NCBI GenBank assembly: GCA_001600815.1
Contig: BCKZ01000007.1
Location: forward strand, 1,040,059 to 1,104,058
DNA: 64,000 nucleotides
Reading direction: 5' to 3'
Origin: Alloascoidea hylecoeti
Lineage: Eukaryota
Part shown: positions 11,151-23,500 of the stretch, one piece after another
Position numbering within the stretch: the stretch's first letter is position 1
Layout of the letters: every line of letters starts with the position of its first letter
The notes under the pieces: model-generated
Databases searched by the model: none
What the model was told of the DNA's origin: nothing
The model's input: only the letters and a program-made list of their open reading frames with translations
Made by a program: the position numbers and the translations under genes

Positions 11151-13560
11151 CTAGTAAGGAACTGTATCATCGATATCATCATCACAGTCATAATCATTGA
11201 CATCATCTATCGTGCTGTTCTTCGCCCATGCCTTTTTAACTTTCTTATATGAAAATTCAGCATTATAAACCCCATATGCCAGTAGTCCATTGAAGAACCG
11301 TTTAACCAGAATTTTATCGTTCTCATCTATACAGTTAATGCCTGTAACAATCATTATCCATTGCACCATCATGGTTTGGCGAGGGAATTTATCAGGAGGA
11401 ACTCCTGATGTTAGGTAAGCATCATCCCGCAAATAGTACATCAATCCTAGTATTGTCTTTACAATCTGTTGAACAAGATGATATGTTTTAGGTAACCCGA
11501 GTAAACCTTTAGTAGTTAATATAATTAGGTAGCATGCCCATAAATGTGTTCTATGGCTGACATCATACCACGAGAAACAGATTTGATTATTATTTATAAC
11601 CGCTGTTCCAATATCATCAGGATTCATATCCATTTGATGTTTCTGTTTATAGTCGTAATTGTAATTACTCAAATGATAAACACTTGAAGTGGGTATAACA
11701 CAATCCTGAGTACCATGAATAACTTCGAACTTCAATTCATGTTCAATTCTACCCAATACTGACAATATTTCAAGAGGTGTTGGCAAAAATCTAATATCTT
11801 GTTTAGAAATTTGTGCTTTCCTGATTAGTTTAACTACATCACGAAGAATTTTCATAGACGGCATAGAAAATCCTCCATGTAAGTAAAAGCCATCTCGTCG
11901 AACTATTCCGATATCAACAAGTATCCTTTGATCAATTTCTAAATCATCGTCTCTTATCAGCATATCCAATTCATAGTTATTATTAGCACTTCCACCATTA
12001 CGAGTTGATAAGCCAGCAAGAATTTCACAGACGTTGAACATATTCTTGCACAATGCTAATGTGATGGTACATTTATATGGTGTGTTATTACTAGCTATAG
12101 TAAATCTTGTCAATAATTCTTTTGTGCCACGTAAATGAGTACGCCATGTTTTTCCTTTACTTCTTGCTCTATCAACCGTTAATAACAAGGTGGTTAGTAA
12201 TAAAGGCTCTATTTGAGATTGAGTCTTTGCCTCATCAGAATACACCTTATCTAGTTTCTTGAGGCATTGTGACAGATAACCACAGTAAGTTACCTCGTGA
12301 GTTTGGTTGGTATTACCAGATTTTAAAAACAAATACCGGGCAGAGCAGGAAAGAACAGAACAAAGCAAATAGGGTGAATGTAGGCAATAGTATAATATGA
12401 TGTTTCTCATCGGATCAACCATTAAATCGGGTGAGAGTGGAGATAAAAATCCAGAAAATACATCATAGAATATCTCCAAGTAAATATAATGATTTTGTGG
12501 AATATTATATAATTCAAGCGGCAATTCTTTAAAAGATTTCAATTTTAAAAAAGATGCGAAACTAAGAGGTGCATCATCTTCTTGTCGCAAGTCGAAAGAT
12601 ACATTTGATAATGGTACCACTACAGCTTGTGGTCCCTTATTAAGCAAAAAATCGTCAAAATTGATAATTTCTTTTAATGAATCATTAAATGCAGCATCAA
12701 GGTTCATTGATAAAATATCGTTTAAATTATGGGCGATGTCGTGGACCAATGGAACTATTTCTTCATTATTCCAATCTGTGTATGGCTCATAGATCGATTC
12801 AGATGTGGAAATGTTATTTGTATTAAACAATTGGTTTGTCCCATTAAAGTTGGAGCTGAAACTGAATGTGTTTGTGTTGAAGTTTGGAATGGGACTAAAT
12901 AAATGTTGAGGAGCAGTTGCTGTGTTCACATTATAATTGGTGGGATTTAGAAGCGAATCTATTCCTGTAGCACTTGATTTCTCTGGCCTCATGTTCTCCA
13001 AAATCGAATTATCTGTTTCAAGGTTTATACTGGTAGAAGAATTATTTGAAGCATAATTATTAATGCCAATCACACTGTTTGTGGCATCACTTGTTACACT
13101 ACTGTTAGTTCCATTATTTGGGCTTTGATCTCTTGAGGATTCTGCCGTATCTGTCGAAGTATACCTTTTTACCTTTTTCATTTCTGGAGTCTCAAAAAAT
13201 ACAATTTTAAATTCTTTATTTGGAGTCGTATGTCGACTGCTTCTCTCGCTTATATCAATTCTTGGATTTCCTCTGGATGTAGAGGTTCGTGTTGTTTCTT
13301 TGGTTTCAGGTTTGCCAACAGATCCAGAGAAAGGTTTCATTTGGGTGAACTTAATCACCCTCTCATATTTGCATTCCTTGTCCAACCTTGAGCAGTGCCA
13401 ACATTTAGGCTTCGACTCATCGCACTATTACAGCAGAAGTTAATAAGGCATATCTTTTGCTTTTAAAATAGTTTCTCACCTTTAATTTTCGCCTTTTGCA
13501 CTCTAAACATCCGTTTCGACTATAAGATCTTTTTTTCACCTTATTATCTTTTGATACCAT
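11151..13560 (-). CDS. Zn2Cys6 transcription factor, Lys14-like; exons 13480-13560 and 11151-13424
   Basis: Removing intron 13425-13479 (GTGAGA...TTAAC...TAG) gives KKRSYSRNGCLECKRRKLKCDESKPKCWHCSRLDKECKY, very close to the Lys14 zinc cluster. It continues in frame into ORF 11151..13385. Confidence 0.85.
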
Positions 13561-14166
13561 TGTTTATTTCATTTTCGGATAGACTGAATTGTAAGCTTTT
13601 GAAAAGTACAGTAAAATAAATTAGTAGACATGGAAATTTTCGTGTAATTCCGTATTTTCTTAATCGTTATCTAAAATTTAAATCCGGGTAACGTTTTACA
13701 TGTTAGAATATTTTTTGTGGCTCAACATAAAGATATATCCATATCGTCATTATCATAAATCTCAGATTCCTTTTAAAACGAAGGTGTAGATAGATTCAGC
13801 CCTAAAATATTACTTTTATAACATTATGTGCGGTTTTAGTGAATTCAAAGTAGCAACAAGCTCAATTATATTAGGACACTCTTTTATAAATTTATAATGG
13901 GACTCAAAGCCACGCCAATACTTAGAAATCTAATTATGAAGTGTCAACTCAATTTTTGTCACTTCCAGCACAAGATCGTAATCATGAGGGTTCGAGTGAA
14001 TAGACATGTGTATTTTAGGTATCCATTCTACGAGACACATGTACACATTTAGATCTAGATCTTGTTTTGGTGTTGTAACTGATTTCTGTTGATTTTGAAA
14101 AACTTACTGAAGAATTTGTTAAATATTTAATCGCTAGCGAAAAGATGTTTGCAATTGAGGTTTACC

Positions 14167-14292
14167 TTAAAAACAAATACTGGGCAGAGCAGGAAAGAAC
14201 GGAACAAAGCAAATAGGGTGAATGTGGGCAATAGTATAATATGATGTTTCTCATCAGATCAACCATTAAATCCGGTGAGAGTGGAGATAAAA
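14167..14292. repeat. 126-bp direct copy of internal LYS14-like coding sequence (12323-12448)
   Basis: Aligned by eye: 5 substitutions in 126 bp and no indels. Confidence 0.93.
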
Positions 14293-14334
14293 GACTAATT
14301 ATCAGATGACTCCAAAACTAATTTTCTGCCGAGC

Positions 14335-15580
14335 TTTATGTCTTTGATCTGTCTCGGATATTGAACTATCATAAATGTATATCGATTGAAATATCATGAT
14401 TCTTGTTGATATTTGTAGTTTAAATCAAGAGTTATTTTATGGGGTATTGGTTCCACTATTGGTACAGTACACTGTCGTAAAATGTTTAAGCTATAAAATT
14501 CTTAATAATATATTAAAATTAACAGTTATCCTATATAAATATAAATCCCTATTGATAATGGAGGCAATCCCCCTTAGATTTCGATCATGTAGTAATATTA
14601 TAGTGCTAGTTTGATTTTTAATTTCAATTGACAATTTACAAGTTTTCAATTGTAATCTTTCTCTTTGGTGCAACAGATTCAGCTTTCTTTGGAATAACCA
14701 ATTCTAAAACTCCATTATTATATTTTGCTTTAATATTTTCTTCATCAATCTCAATATCTTTTGAAAGTTGAACAGTTCTTTTAAAGCTGCCTGATCTTCT
14801 TTCTTTGATTGTTAAATCCTTTTTCTTTTCCTCCGATGACGATTCGGTCTCACCACTGATAGTTAATTGATTTGAATTGGAATCAAATTCAATATTAACA
14901 TTTTTTGGATCTGCTCCAGGAATAGAAGCATGTACCTCAACGTGCTTATCGTTATTGTAAACATCAATTGCTGGTGTAAATAATCCATTNATATCATTAT
15001 CAAAGTTGAATGAGAACGGGTCCCATTTGTTCAATTGTTTGTTAACGTTGTTATTTGATTTGGAAACTTGTTTTTGATTTTTATTATTGATATCCCTTGT
15101 AACCCCAGCATCTTTTAATTCTCTATTTAATGAATCAACTTGATCTGTGATCGAATCAACAAAGTCCCAAAATGGTGTGTAATAAAATGACATNCTAATT
15201 GTTAATGTGTAGTTGTAACTTGTAAGCTTGTAATAGTAATATATATTGTAACCAGTTTATGTGTATTAATTAATTACTTCTGATGAGAATGATAAAACCG
15301 TGGGAGAGGTTATAACTACCCTTTATATATTTATCTCAAGAATCAATTCTAATATATATAGAATATTCTAGTTGTTTGTTTAATATAGTGAATATATTCT
15401 ATATGGTGTAGGGAAAAGGGTAGTGATATCTAGAATTTTCTATGATGGCATCTGCATATCCAATGCATATGAATATAGGTCCTGCAGAAACGTAAGTAAG
15501 TATGTTTCCACACATAGGAAATTATTAGGAATATAGAGCCTTCTATAATTATGTTCATTAACCTCATTAATATTATAAGG
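14335..15580. repeat. Left arm of an inverted segmental duplication (partner ~26435-27693); near-identical core 14631-15444
   Basis: The reverse complement matches the right arm line by line across the CDS. The promoter differs by one SNP and a 4-nt AT indel; the outer flanks are homologous but clearly diverged. Confidence 0.9.
14636..15193 (-). CDS. Small heat-shock protein (HSP20/alpha-crystallin), copy 1
   Basis: PAIDVY, ASIPG, LTISGE, ERRSGSFKRTVQL and AKYNNGVLELVIPK motifs. The CDS is identical to 26808..27365. Confidence 0.95.
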   Translation of the reverse strand: MSFYYTPFWDFVDSITDQVDSLNRELKDAGVTRDINNKNQKQVSKSNNNVNKQLNKWDPFSFNFDNDXNGLFTPAIDVYNNDKHVEVHASIPGADPKNVNIEFDSNSNQLTISGETESSSEEKKKDLTIKERRSGSFKRTVQLSKDIEIDEENIKAKYNNGVLELVIPKKAESVAPKRKITIENL

Positions 15581-15696
15581 TTATACTGTTAGTTTTTATT
15601 TTTTTATAATCTAATAGAATAATATTCTAAGTCCCGAATATCAATAACTCGCTGTAAAGTAGCCAAACACCAACATCACCGAAAAATATGAATTAA

Positions 15697-16266
15697 CTAG
15701 ACATTCTGTATATACATATAAACTACTTGTTCTAATAAATTCTTCTGACATTTTTGTGTCCGCTCTTTTGTTTTCAGCTCATAGTTGAAACTTTCTTGTT
15801 TTTGATCGTGCTTACCTCGAAAAGTTTTCTCGGATTCACTTTGAGAAAGCCAACCGCCCGATTGGAACACACATACTGGCCCGCACCCGTAGGGTCGTTC
15901 TTGATTGGTGGTGGGCATATCTATAGAGTGTTCATCATCTCGATATCTTCGGTCCACTATGACTAACTAATTGACGAAACAATAAAGCATTTCTCTGTCG
16001 GTCCGCACCGCCATTTTTGCATAATAAGGTAGCATAATAATTATCCAAGTCTCTTGGGCCTTAATCAAAATTTAGGACACTTCTTTAGCTGGTGATCTAG
16101 ATTGTCCACCTACAATACGATAAATGAATGTTTATCGGAACACCCCGGCGTCCCTAGCAGTCTGTCTGATGTCTTCGGTTCAAGACAACCTCTTTCCATA
16201 GCGTTTAGCGGTCTCACTTCCTTATTGCTTGCAAGTTATTTGATGGATCTTATGGATCTTTACCAT
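15697..16266 (-). mobile_element. Degenerate pogo/Fot1 (Tc1-mariner superfamily) transposase N-terminal fragment
   Basis: One frame reads IRQTARDAGVFR*TFIYRIVGGQSRSPAKEVS*ILIKAQETWIIIMLPYYAKMAVRTDREMLYCFVN*LV, the psq plus CENP-B HTH pattern of fungal pogo transposases. It has several in-frame stops and no DDE domain. Confidence 0.7.
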
Positions 16267-17575
16267 ATGAATTGTTGGTGGCTGTGGATAAGACCGGCAA
16301 AAAATTTTAGCGTTCGATGTGTTCGGAAATTTTAGTTAGGCCCCGGTCTGGGTGAATTTTGAGCGCTAGCCTCTAGTTCGGCATACATTTTTTCGTGTTT
16401 TTACTAAATATCATATAGATCGCCTGGATTTCATGAGCTCTCTACGAATCTCCTATACGTTCTTCAGTCAAGAAAAGTTTTGCGTTCGCCTCGTACTCGT
16501 CAAAATCCGCCTCGATACTCGTAATCAGAAATTTAACAGTGTTAGCCTCGGTGTTCGCTAAAGTGTGTGTGTTCGGTGTTCGCGTCTCGGCGATGCGCAG
16601 CCTACTGTGGAGTGGTGAAAAAGAAAATGGGGTAGACGTTTTAAAGATGGCCAACTTCTCTGTACCGACCAAGAAAAACGCGATCGGCTTTATAGGAAGT
16701 TATTTAATAATAATTGTTACATATACAAAACATTGGAAATTTTTTCATTATAAATAAGATCGCGGTACATATAAGTAGACATCATCGCGATTCGCGATGG
16801 TTACATATGCAAATGAATATGCATTCATTGAAATCGCGATACACGTACGTATACCAATTAGATGTTATAACAGTTATATAAGCACTTATAATTAAAATTT
16901 AAAATCTCCTCATTCTATTTTCTTACGGCTCACGGCTTTAATCTACTTTCCAAGGCCAATAATCGCTTGAGTAAATCAAGACCGAGCGCACCATACTTAT
17001 AATTAATATTTTTGTCTCATTATATTGTATTTAAGGCTTCTTGTGTTGTTTGGCCTTAACGGTGTGAGCTTACATAATTAATATATCTATTATTAATTCA
17101 TGGCTGAAAATAAAGGGCCCTAGTTGTGACATTTACTTTTTTCTACTACCATTATGAATCAGCTGTGCCGAAGTACAATGATATTTAAAACAGGTCTATA
17201 GCTAGATCTAGAATACTCTTTATCTAACTTCATAGAGAAACTTTGCTTAAGAGAGTTCCAACTAATAATAAACTATTTAGGGCCAAATAATTTCATTCAC
17301 TAAAGATGAATCCATTGCAATTGTAAGTGTTATTGATAATAATGTTCACTAATTAACAGAAAGCTTTGGGCATAGGTTTGAATTTAGTATAGCAAGTGCA
17401 ATTGTCAACTTCGATATAGGCGTAGCCCTGCCATTTACATATTACATATCCATATTTCATTGATCATTACAGATATGAACAGTTGCCTAATAAAAGCTAC
17501 TTAAAGGTATATGACAATATTCATGAATTTTTTTAAAACATCTTGAGGAATCTATAGTACATGCAATTTAGAAAT

Positions 17576-18637
17576 CTATTTACCTCTTCTACTTCTTGGT
17601 TTAGTTCCTTTGATTTTACGAGAAGGTTTAGAAGAAACATCAGAACCTCGTTTCTTAGCTTGCTTTGAATCTTTTTCATGTCGGTTTGGATTTGATTTTT
17701 TCTTCTTATCAGCTTTCTTATCAGAAGTTGTTTCTTCTAATTCAATATCAAATTGCTCACCAGTAATCTCATTATTCTGTCGTTTCCTTTTTAAAGATTT
17801 GATCTTATCTAAAGTATCTCTTTTCTCTTTTTGATGTTCTTGCATTCTAGAAACTTGTTTTTGCTTGCCAAATTTTTTCAATTCTCTCTGCTTTCTTGCT
17901 TCTTGACTTGCCTTTCTTGCAGTTGCTTCTTCAATTAATTTCTTCTTTAATTTATCCATGTGCTCATCTGATTTAACCATTTCTGCAAAATAATCCAATG
18001 GTCTTGAAAAAGGTATTTTTGCTCTAAGATATTGCTTTTTAGCAATTTCGACAGCTTCTAAACCCTGCTTGTAGAAAACCAATTCTCTCTGCATCTCTTC
18101 ATTAGGATCTGTAATTTCAGTTGATGTATCAATGGAAGATGGTAGCATATTAAACTCATGAAACGCCAATTTTTTGTAAGGTAACCGAATAGAATCCAAA
18201 GATTTTTTAAGAGCTTTAATATTGTTTATTTGCTTTCTTTTGGTTTTTGTGTCTGCAGAATTTTCATCATCCTTTTCCTCTTCAGCTTCATCATCTTCAC
18301 CCTCAACCTCTTCCTCGTCAGACTCCGACCCAGGTTCAGAGTTAGACTCCTCGTCAGATTCCGATTCAAATTCAGACTCGCTATCAGACCTATCTATTGC
18401 TTCCATATCAAAGGTAGGAGTTTCCTCTTCGTCCTCAGTCTCAATTTCATTTTCAGGTTCTTTATTTTCCTGAAGCTGTTTCAATAGTTTCTTTTTTTCT
18501 TTCCTTCTTTCTTTTCTTGAAAGAGGTCTAATGTCTTTTGTAGTAGTATTTTCTGCTGCCTCAGTAGTATCTACCAGTTGGGGTATTTCCCCATCGTCCT
18601 TCAGACTCTTTTTTGACAAAGTTTTTGTTTTAGCCAT
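17576..18637 (-). CDS. EBP2: rRNA-processing protein Ebp2
   Basis: Acidic N-terminus followed by QRELVFYKQGL...PFSRPLDYFAEMVKSDEHMDKLK...QRELKKFGKQ. ATG at 18637; the track starts at an upstream GTG. Confidence 0.95.
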   Translation of the reverse strand: MAKTKTLSKKSLKDDGEIPQLVDTTEAAENTTTKDIRPLSRKERRKEKKKLLKQLQENKEPENEIETEDEEETPTFDMEAIDRSDSESEFESESDEESNSEPGSESDEEEVEGEDDEAEEEKDDENSADTKTKRKQINNIKALKKSLDSIRLPYKKLAFHEFNMLPSSIDTSTEITDPNEEMQRELVFYKQGLEAVEIAKKQYLRAKIPFSRPLDYFAEMVKSDEHMDKLKKKLIEEATARKASQEARKQRELKKFGKQKQVSRMQEHQKEKRDTLDKIKSLKRKRQNNEITGEQFDIELEETTSDKKADKKKKSNPNRHEKDSKQAKKRGSDVSSKPSRKIKGTKPRSRRGK

Positions 18638-18666
18638 CACTCACAGTTGTAGTAAAAAAAGATTTC

Positions 18667-18698
18667 AATTTTTTTTTCAGTGTGATGAAGTTACCCGG
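18667..18698. promoter_or_regulatory. RRPE-like element and Reb1 site in the EBP2/FPPS divergent promoter
   Basis: AATTTTTTTTTCA (RRPE-like) and TTACCCGG (18691-18698) upstream of a ribosome-biogenesis gene. Reb1 sites also recur near 5365, 13684, 23692, 39351, 40527, 52972 and 53906. Confidence 0.55.
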
Positions 18699-18961
18699 AT
18701 GTTAATTAACACCCGAACACCTCTCCTGATCAATATTTTATGGGGTGTCAACTTCGGGGCGTGGTGTGCATGCACGGGTCGGGTACCGTAGTGTGTGAAT
18801 TGTATATTGAACGGGTCTTTTGGGGTGTGTCACAACGGCAAGTCCGAGGCCAAAGTCCGATTCAGAAGAAAATGGTATAAAAAGTAGTCAAGATCCCCAG
18901 TCACCCTCCTTCCGATTCATTCTACTTCACCACTTTTATCTTTATTCGTCAATAAAACCGA

Positions 18962-20083
18962 ATGATGACATTATCAACTCCAAAAGAACGTTTTCTAGGT
19001 GTTTTCCCTTCCATCGTCGAGGAAGTCGATAAAATCATCTCTAATTATGGTCTAAGCAAAGAAGCCAGGGATTGGTATAAAGCTGTATGTAAACTTCCTT
19101 TCTGAAAATCTCCTATAAATCACTCAATGCTAACAATATTTCTTTTGCATTTTTAGTCTCTCAATTATAATACCCCGGGCGGTAAACTCAATCGTGGGTT
19201 ATCAGTCGTTGACACATACCAGATTTTAACCGCAAAATCAGAGCTTTCTGATGAGGAATATTACAAAGTTGCCATTCTTGGCTGGTGTGTTGAATTACTT
19301 CAGGCATTCTTCTTGGTTTCCGATGACATGATGGATTTCTCGATCACAAGAAGAGGTCAGCCATGTTGGTATAAGCAAGAAAAAGTTGGTATGATTGCCA
19401 TTAATGATTCATTTATGCTTGAATCTGTAATATATATTTTATTGAAGAATCATTTTAGAAAGGATTCTTATTATATTGACTTGGTCGAACTATTTCATGA
19501 AGTCACTTTTCAAACAGAATTAGGTCAATTATTAGATCTTATTACCGCTCCGGAAGATCAGGTCGATTTGAGCAAGTTTTCTCTTGAAAAACATTCTTTC
19601 ATCGTTAGATACAAAACTGCTTACTACAGTTTCTATTTACCTGTAGCCCTTGCTATGTTTATGGCTGGTATTACAAATGAAAACGATTTAAAACAAGCTC
19701 AAAATGTTTTAGTACCTTTAGGTGAATACTTTCAAGTTCAAGATGATTATTTGGATTGTTATGGTTCCCCGGAGGTTATTGGTAAGATAGGTACAGATAT
19801 TCAAGATAATAAATGCAGTTGGTTGGTAAACAAAGCTTTACAAAATGCATCCCCAAAACAACGCAAAATCTTAGATGAAAATTATGGTAAAAAAGATAAG
19901 GATTCTGAAAAATTAATCAAAGAGCTTTATAAAGATTTAAAAATTGAACAAGAATATCATAATTATGAAGAATCTATTGTATCACAAATTAGAAAAGATA
20001 TCGATAATGTTGATGAAAGTAGAGGATTTAAGAAAGATGTATTAACGGTTTTTTTGGAAAAGATCTACAAGCGATCCAAGTAA
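18962..20083 (+). CDS. ERG20: Farnesyl diphosphate synthase, copy 1 (closest to canonical); exons 18962-19084 and 19157-20083
   Basis: Intron GTATGT...GCTAAC...TAG. Motifs [23 protein letters not shown] (FARM), [17 protein letters not shown] (SARM), [14 protein letters not shown], and the end KIYKRSK. Confidence 0.93.
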
Positions 20084-20578
20084 TATAGCTTTTTCTATAT
20101 AATTTGATAGATAAGTTCCTGTAATAATAATATATTATATATCTCGTTAAGTTGCTATATAAAGAATATTTTGTGCATAATCCCAGCTACAGTTGTTGAC
20201 TGCCTGTCGTATATGATGTAAGGATCGGCTATTACATTTATTTGAATTCGTAAGGTTAAACCCGCTCAGACAGTGTCAGTCTGTCAAACACTAAATTGTA
20301 TATCACAGCACTATTAATATTAATAACAACTGTGATGAAAAGGATTCTATTATCAAGGTTAAGTTGAACTATTTATAATATTATTGTACTGTATGTTTTC
20401 TTTTTAAGATTGTTAATATGCAAAGTATTTTAATTCACATCTACAGCAATTTAAGCTTATGGTTATATAGGTAACGAACGTTACATATCGATTTTGTAAT
20501 TTTAATTTCAATCTTTTATTTTTAATGGTACACATACAATGCTATATACTTTTTGTATAAAACAATTTAGCTATATAT

Positions 20579-23500
20579 TTAATTGTCTAATAATTTAGTT
20601 TCTTTTAGACTTTCAAGTAGACTCTCATCTAAATATTTATTTATCCTTGGCTCATCACTTAATCCTTTCCTTCTTCTTGTTTTCAATACAAAATCTTTCG
20701 CCAAGGAATTAATCGGAGATGGTCTCAATGGAATCAATTTTGCATTTTTATCTAATGGATCTCCAGGCACAATTTGCCATTTATCAAAAATCATTGAAAC
20801 GAAGGCAAGACCTTGAGATGCAACTCTAACATCAGTTTCAAATCCTATCGAATCCATAACAGGAATTAATCCGGTAACAGTTGATAATGGTGTTCCTGCA
20901 ATGGTTGATGTTCCGATTATATGGCCACGTCTTTTTTCTAATAGCATGCCAATTGCTCTTATAGCGCTACCTGGACATGTAGCATGAATAGAATAAACAG
21001 GTTCCATTAATTTAGGTTCTGCTAATAAGAATGAAGAATAACATGCCCTTCTGATAGTTGGGATAATTTGACCCCCAATTTTATATATCGGCTCCGATGC
21101 CAAAGACACATCCATGATTTTGAATTGAGTATTTCTGATAGGTTCTTCACATAATGGACCTTCTCTGACTGCCCACTGAAATCCTTGTTTTATTGAATCT
21201 TTAATACTAAACAGTAGCTTCTTATCAACCTCGGTAGGTAACGTATCGTCAATTAGAGTATTAGGGCCACAACCATCAGGGCCAAAAGCCCAAATTGATC
21301 TAGCAGCCATTAAATCCCAATCATAATTCTTTTGGAAATGTGTTGCTAATGTTCTACTTGGCCATTTAGGATCGATCGCTCCCTTTTCAATGTCATCTGC
21401 AATTTGTGTATCTAGAGGTTCAGCAATGATTGTTATTTTATTCTTTTTATTTGTTGTCTCTGCATAACATTTCATCATTGATGTTTCAATACATGTTTCA
21501 CTAAATTTAGTAACAGGATCCGATACTTTTATCTCAATCTCAGCATATATTTTTCTTAAATCATGTAGTAAACAATCCATGTATAATTCTCCTGATCCTA
21601 CGATAATATGCTCTCCAGATTCTTCAACCTTTGTTTCTGATACAGGATAGGATTTATTGATTTTTCTTAAGCCATCTAACAATTTCGGTAATTCTGATGG
21701 ATTAAATGGTTCGACTGAAACTTTGAGTATAGATTTTGAAATATATCTTATTGGATTAAATATATATAAAGGAGTACCATGATCGGCTACATCATAAATA
21801 GTTGAACTTTGAACAATTGACTCATCAATTCCCGAGATTAAGGCAATATTACCTGCAGGAATACCATCAATTGGTAATTTATACCTCGTTTCCGAAATCC
21901 ATAAATCTTTAATTGTTGTACTGACCATATCTTCCTCATCTTCTATTGTATACCCTTCACCAAGCACTTTTATATCTTGGCCACTTCTTAAAGTACCACT
22001 GAAAACACGTGCTAATGCAAAAAATTGAGTACTATCAGATGCGTTTATTAATTTTGTAACATGAGCAACTACTGGCCCATTTTCATCCGATTTTAATATA
22101 GATTTAATAATTTCACTATCTTCATCAATTGGTCCTCTGTAAATTGTTTGTAATTTAGTTTTGGCTATTTGGATTGGTGAAGGTAAATGTTTAACAATCA
22201 TATCACCAAAAGGAGAAGAATTTCCAAAAAATGATAAACAAACTTCCCTTAAAAGCGGTAACATATCAAGTTTATAAGTTGAGGGTTTAAGGACCACTCC
22301 TAAACCTTTTAATATTGATTTTAGTTGTTTAGCATCCTGACTTATCGTAACTGAATAAATTTTATATAATGGTTCCAATATAAAATAAATGAATGACAAT
22401 TTACTATCCTCCTCTTTGGCTTTATTGGAAAATTTCCTAACTGATGGATTATAATATACATCCCCCCATAATCGTTTGGCAAATTCTTCTCTGTTGATAA
22501 GTAAATGTTGTTTATCAATATATAACTTTGCAAAACTGTTTAAAGAAAATATCCATTGCATTGATGTAGAAGCAAATGAAACATTACCCAATTCAGGTGA
22601 AAACGTAATAGATTCCGAACTGAATCCTGATTCTTTTACAAATTGATTAACTTCAGCTAGTGAATGTCGTATTTTATAATATGCATCATTGATAGGCAAT
22701 TTTAACTCTAATATCAATCTATCAATTTTGTTGATGATTAAAACCATTGGTAGTTTCTCTAATAATGTGTGTTCAATAATCCGTTTTGTATTTATACCTA
22801 ACCCTTCAATAACATCAATCACTACTACAACACCATCTGCTAGCCTTATAGAAGCAGCCACTTCGTCTGCAAAATCAACATGCCCCGGTGTGTCAAGTAT
22901 ATTGAAAACGTGTGATTTACCATTTAAATCGGGAAGTAGAAGGGTAACAGGTGCTGTTTTAATCGATATTCCTCGTTGTGTTTCTAAAATATGATTATCC
23001 GTGTACCGTAATTGGTGATCTAATTTTTTACCATGATATTGTTCTACAGTTGGATGGGTTTCTAATATTAACATATCAATTAAAGATGTTTTACCAGAAT
23101 GCAATTGTCCAACAATTGAAATATTTCGAACGTGTTCTGGGAAATGCATTAAGTCTGTCAAATATTTTCTTTCAAATGTAACTTGTGGTAAGTTTGTTTC
23201 TTCAATTGAAAAACTTTTAACCTCAACAGGCGCAATTATTGGAACTGATATATCCTGTTCATCGACATCTTGAACTAATGTTTCAACATCAGGACCAAAT
23301 ACTTCTTCTGCTGAAGGATAATACTGTTTATCTTCATGTAATACCACAGCCGATGAAGGACCATCAAATCTAGCAACTGCCATTTCGGTATCATTATCAA
23401 CAAAATTATCATTTTCATCTTTATCACCTCTTCCTTTATCTTTTTCATCGTCTGGATCGGCTTCTGAATCTGATAACATATAATTTGAAACATTTGGTTT

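Noticed and set aside
15677..15690. 14-mer CACCGAAAAATATG repeated at 26072-26085
   Set aside because: It is in direct orientation whereas the duplication is inverted, and it is short and A-rich enough to be chance.
15805..16020. U1 snRNA (CTTACCT near 15811, ATTTTTG near 16013)
   Set aside because: The 5' end is not ATACTTACC, the U1-70K and U1A loop motifs are absent, and it lies antisense to the transposase relic.
16361..16371. GAGCGCTAGCC shared in inverse orientation with the GC island near 52280
   Set aside because: Only 11 bp with no extension of similarity, so plausibly chance.
15700..16700. Telomerase RNA candidate: ~1-kb ORF-poor GC-rich island with an upstream TATA and a CA-rich, 25-nt-period template-like repeat at 16548-16583
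   Set aside because: The left part translates as a pogo transposase relic, and no pseudoknot or 3'-terminal Sm site was found. It would be revived only if the telomeric repeat matches TCGGTGTTCGCTAAAGTGTGTGTGT.
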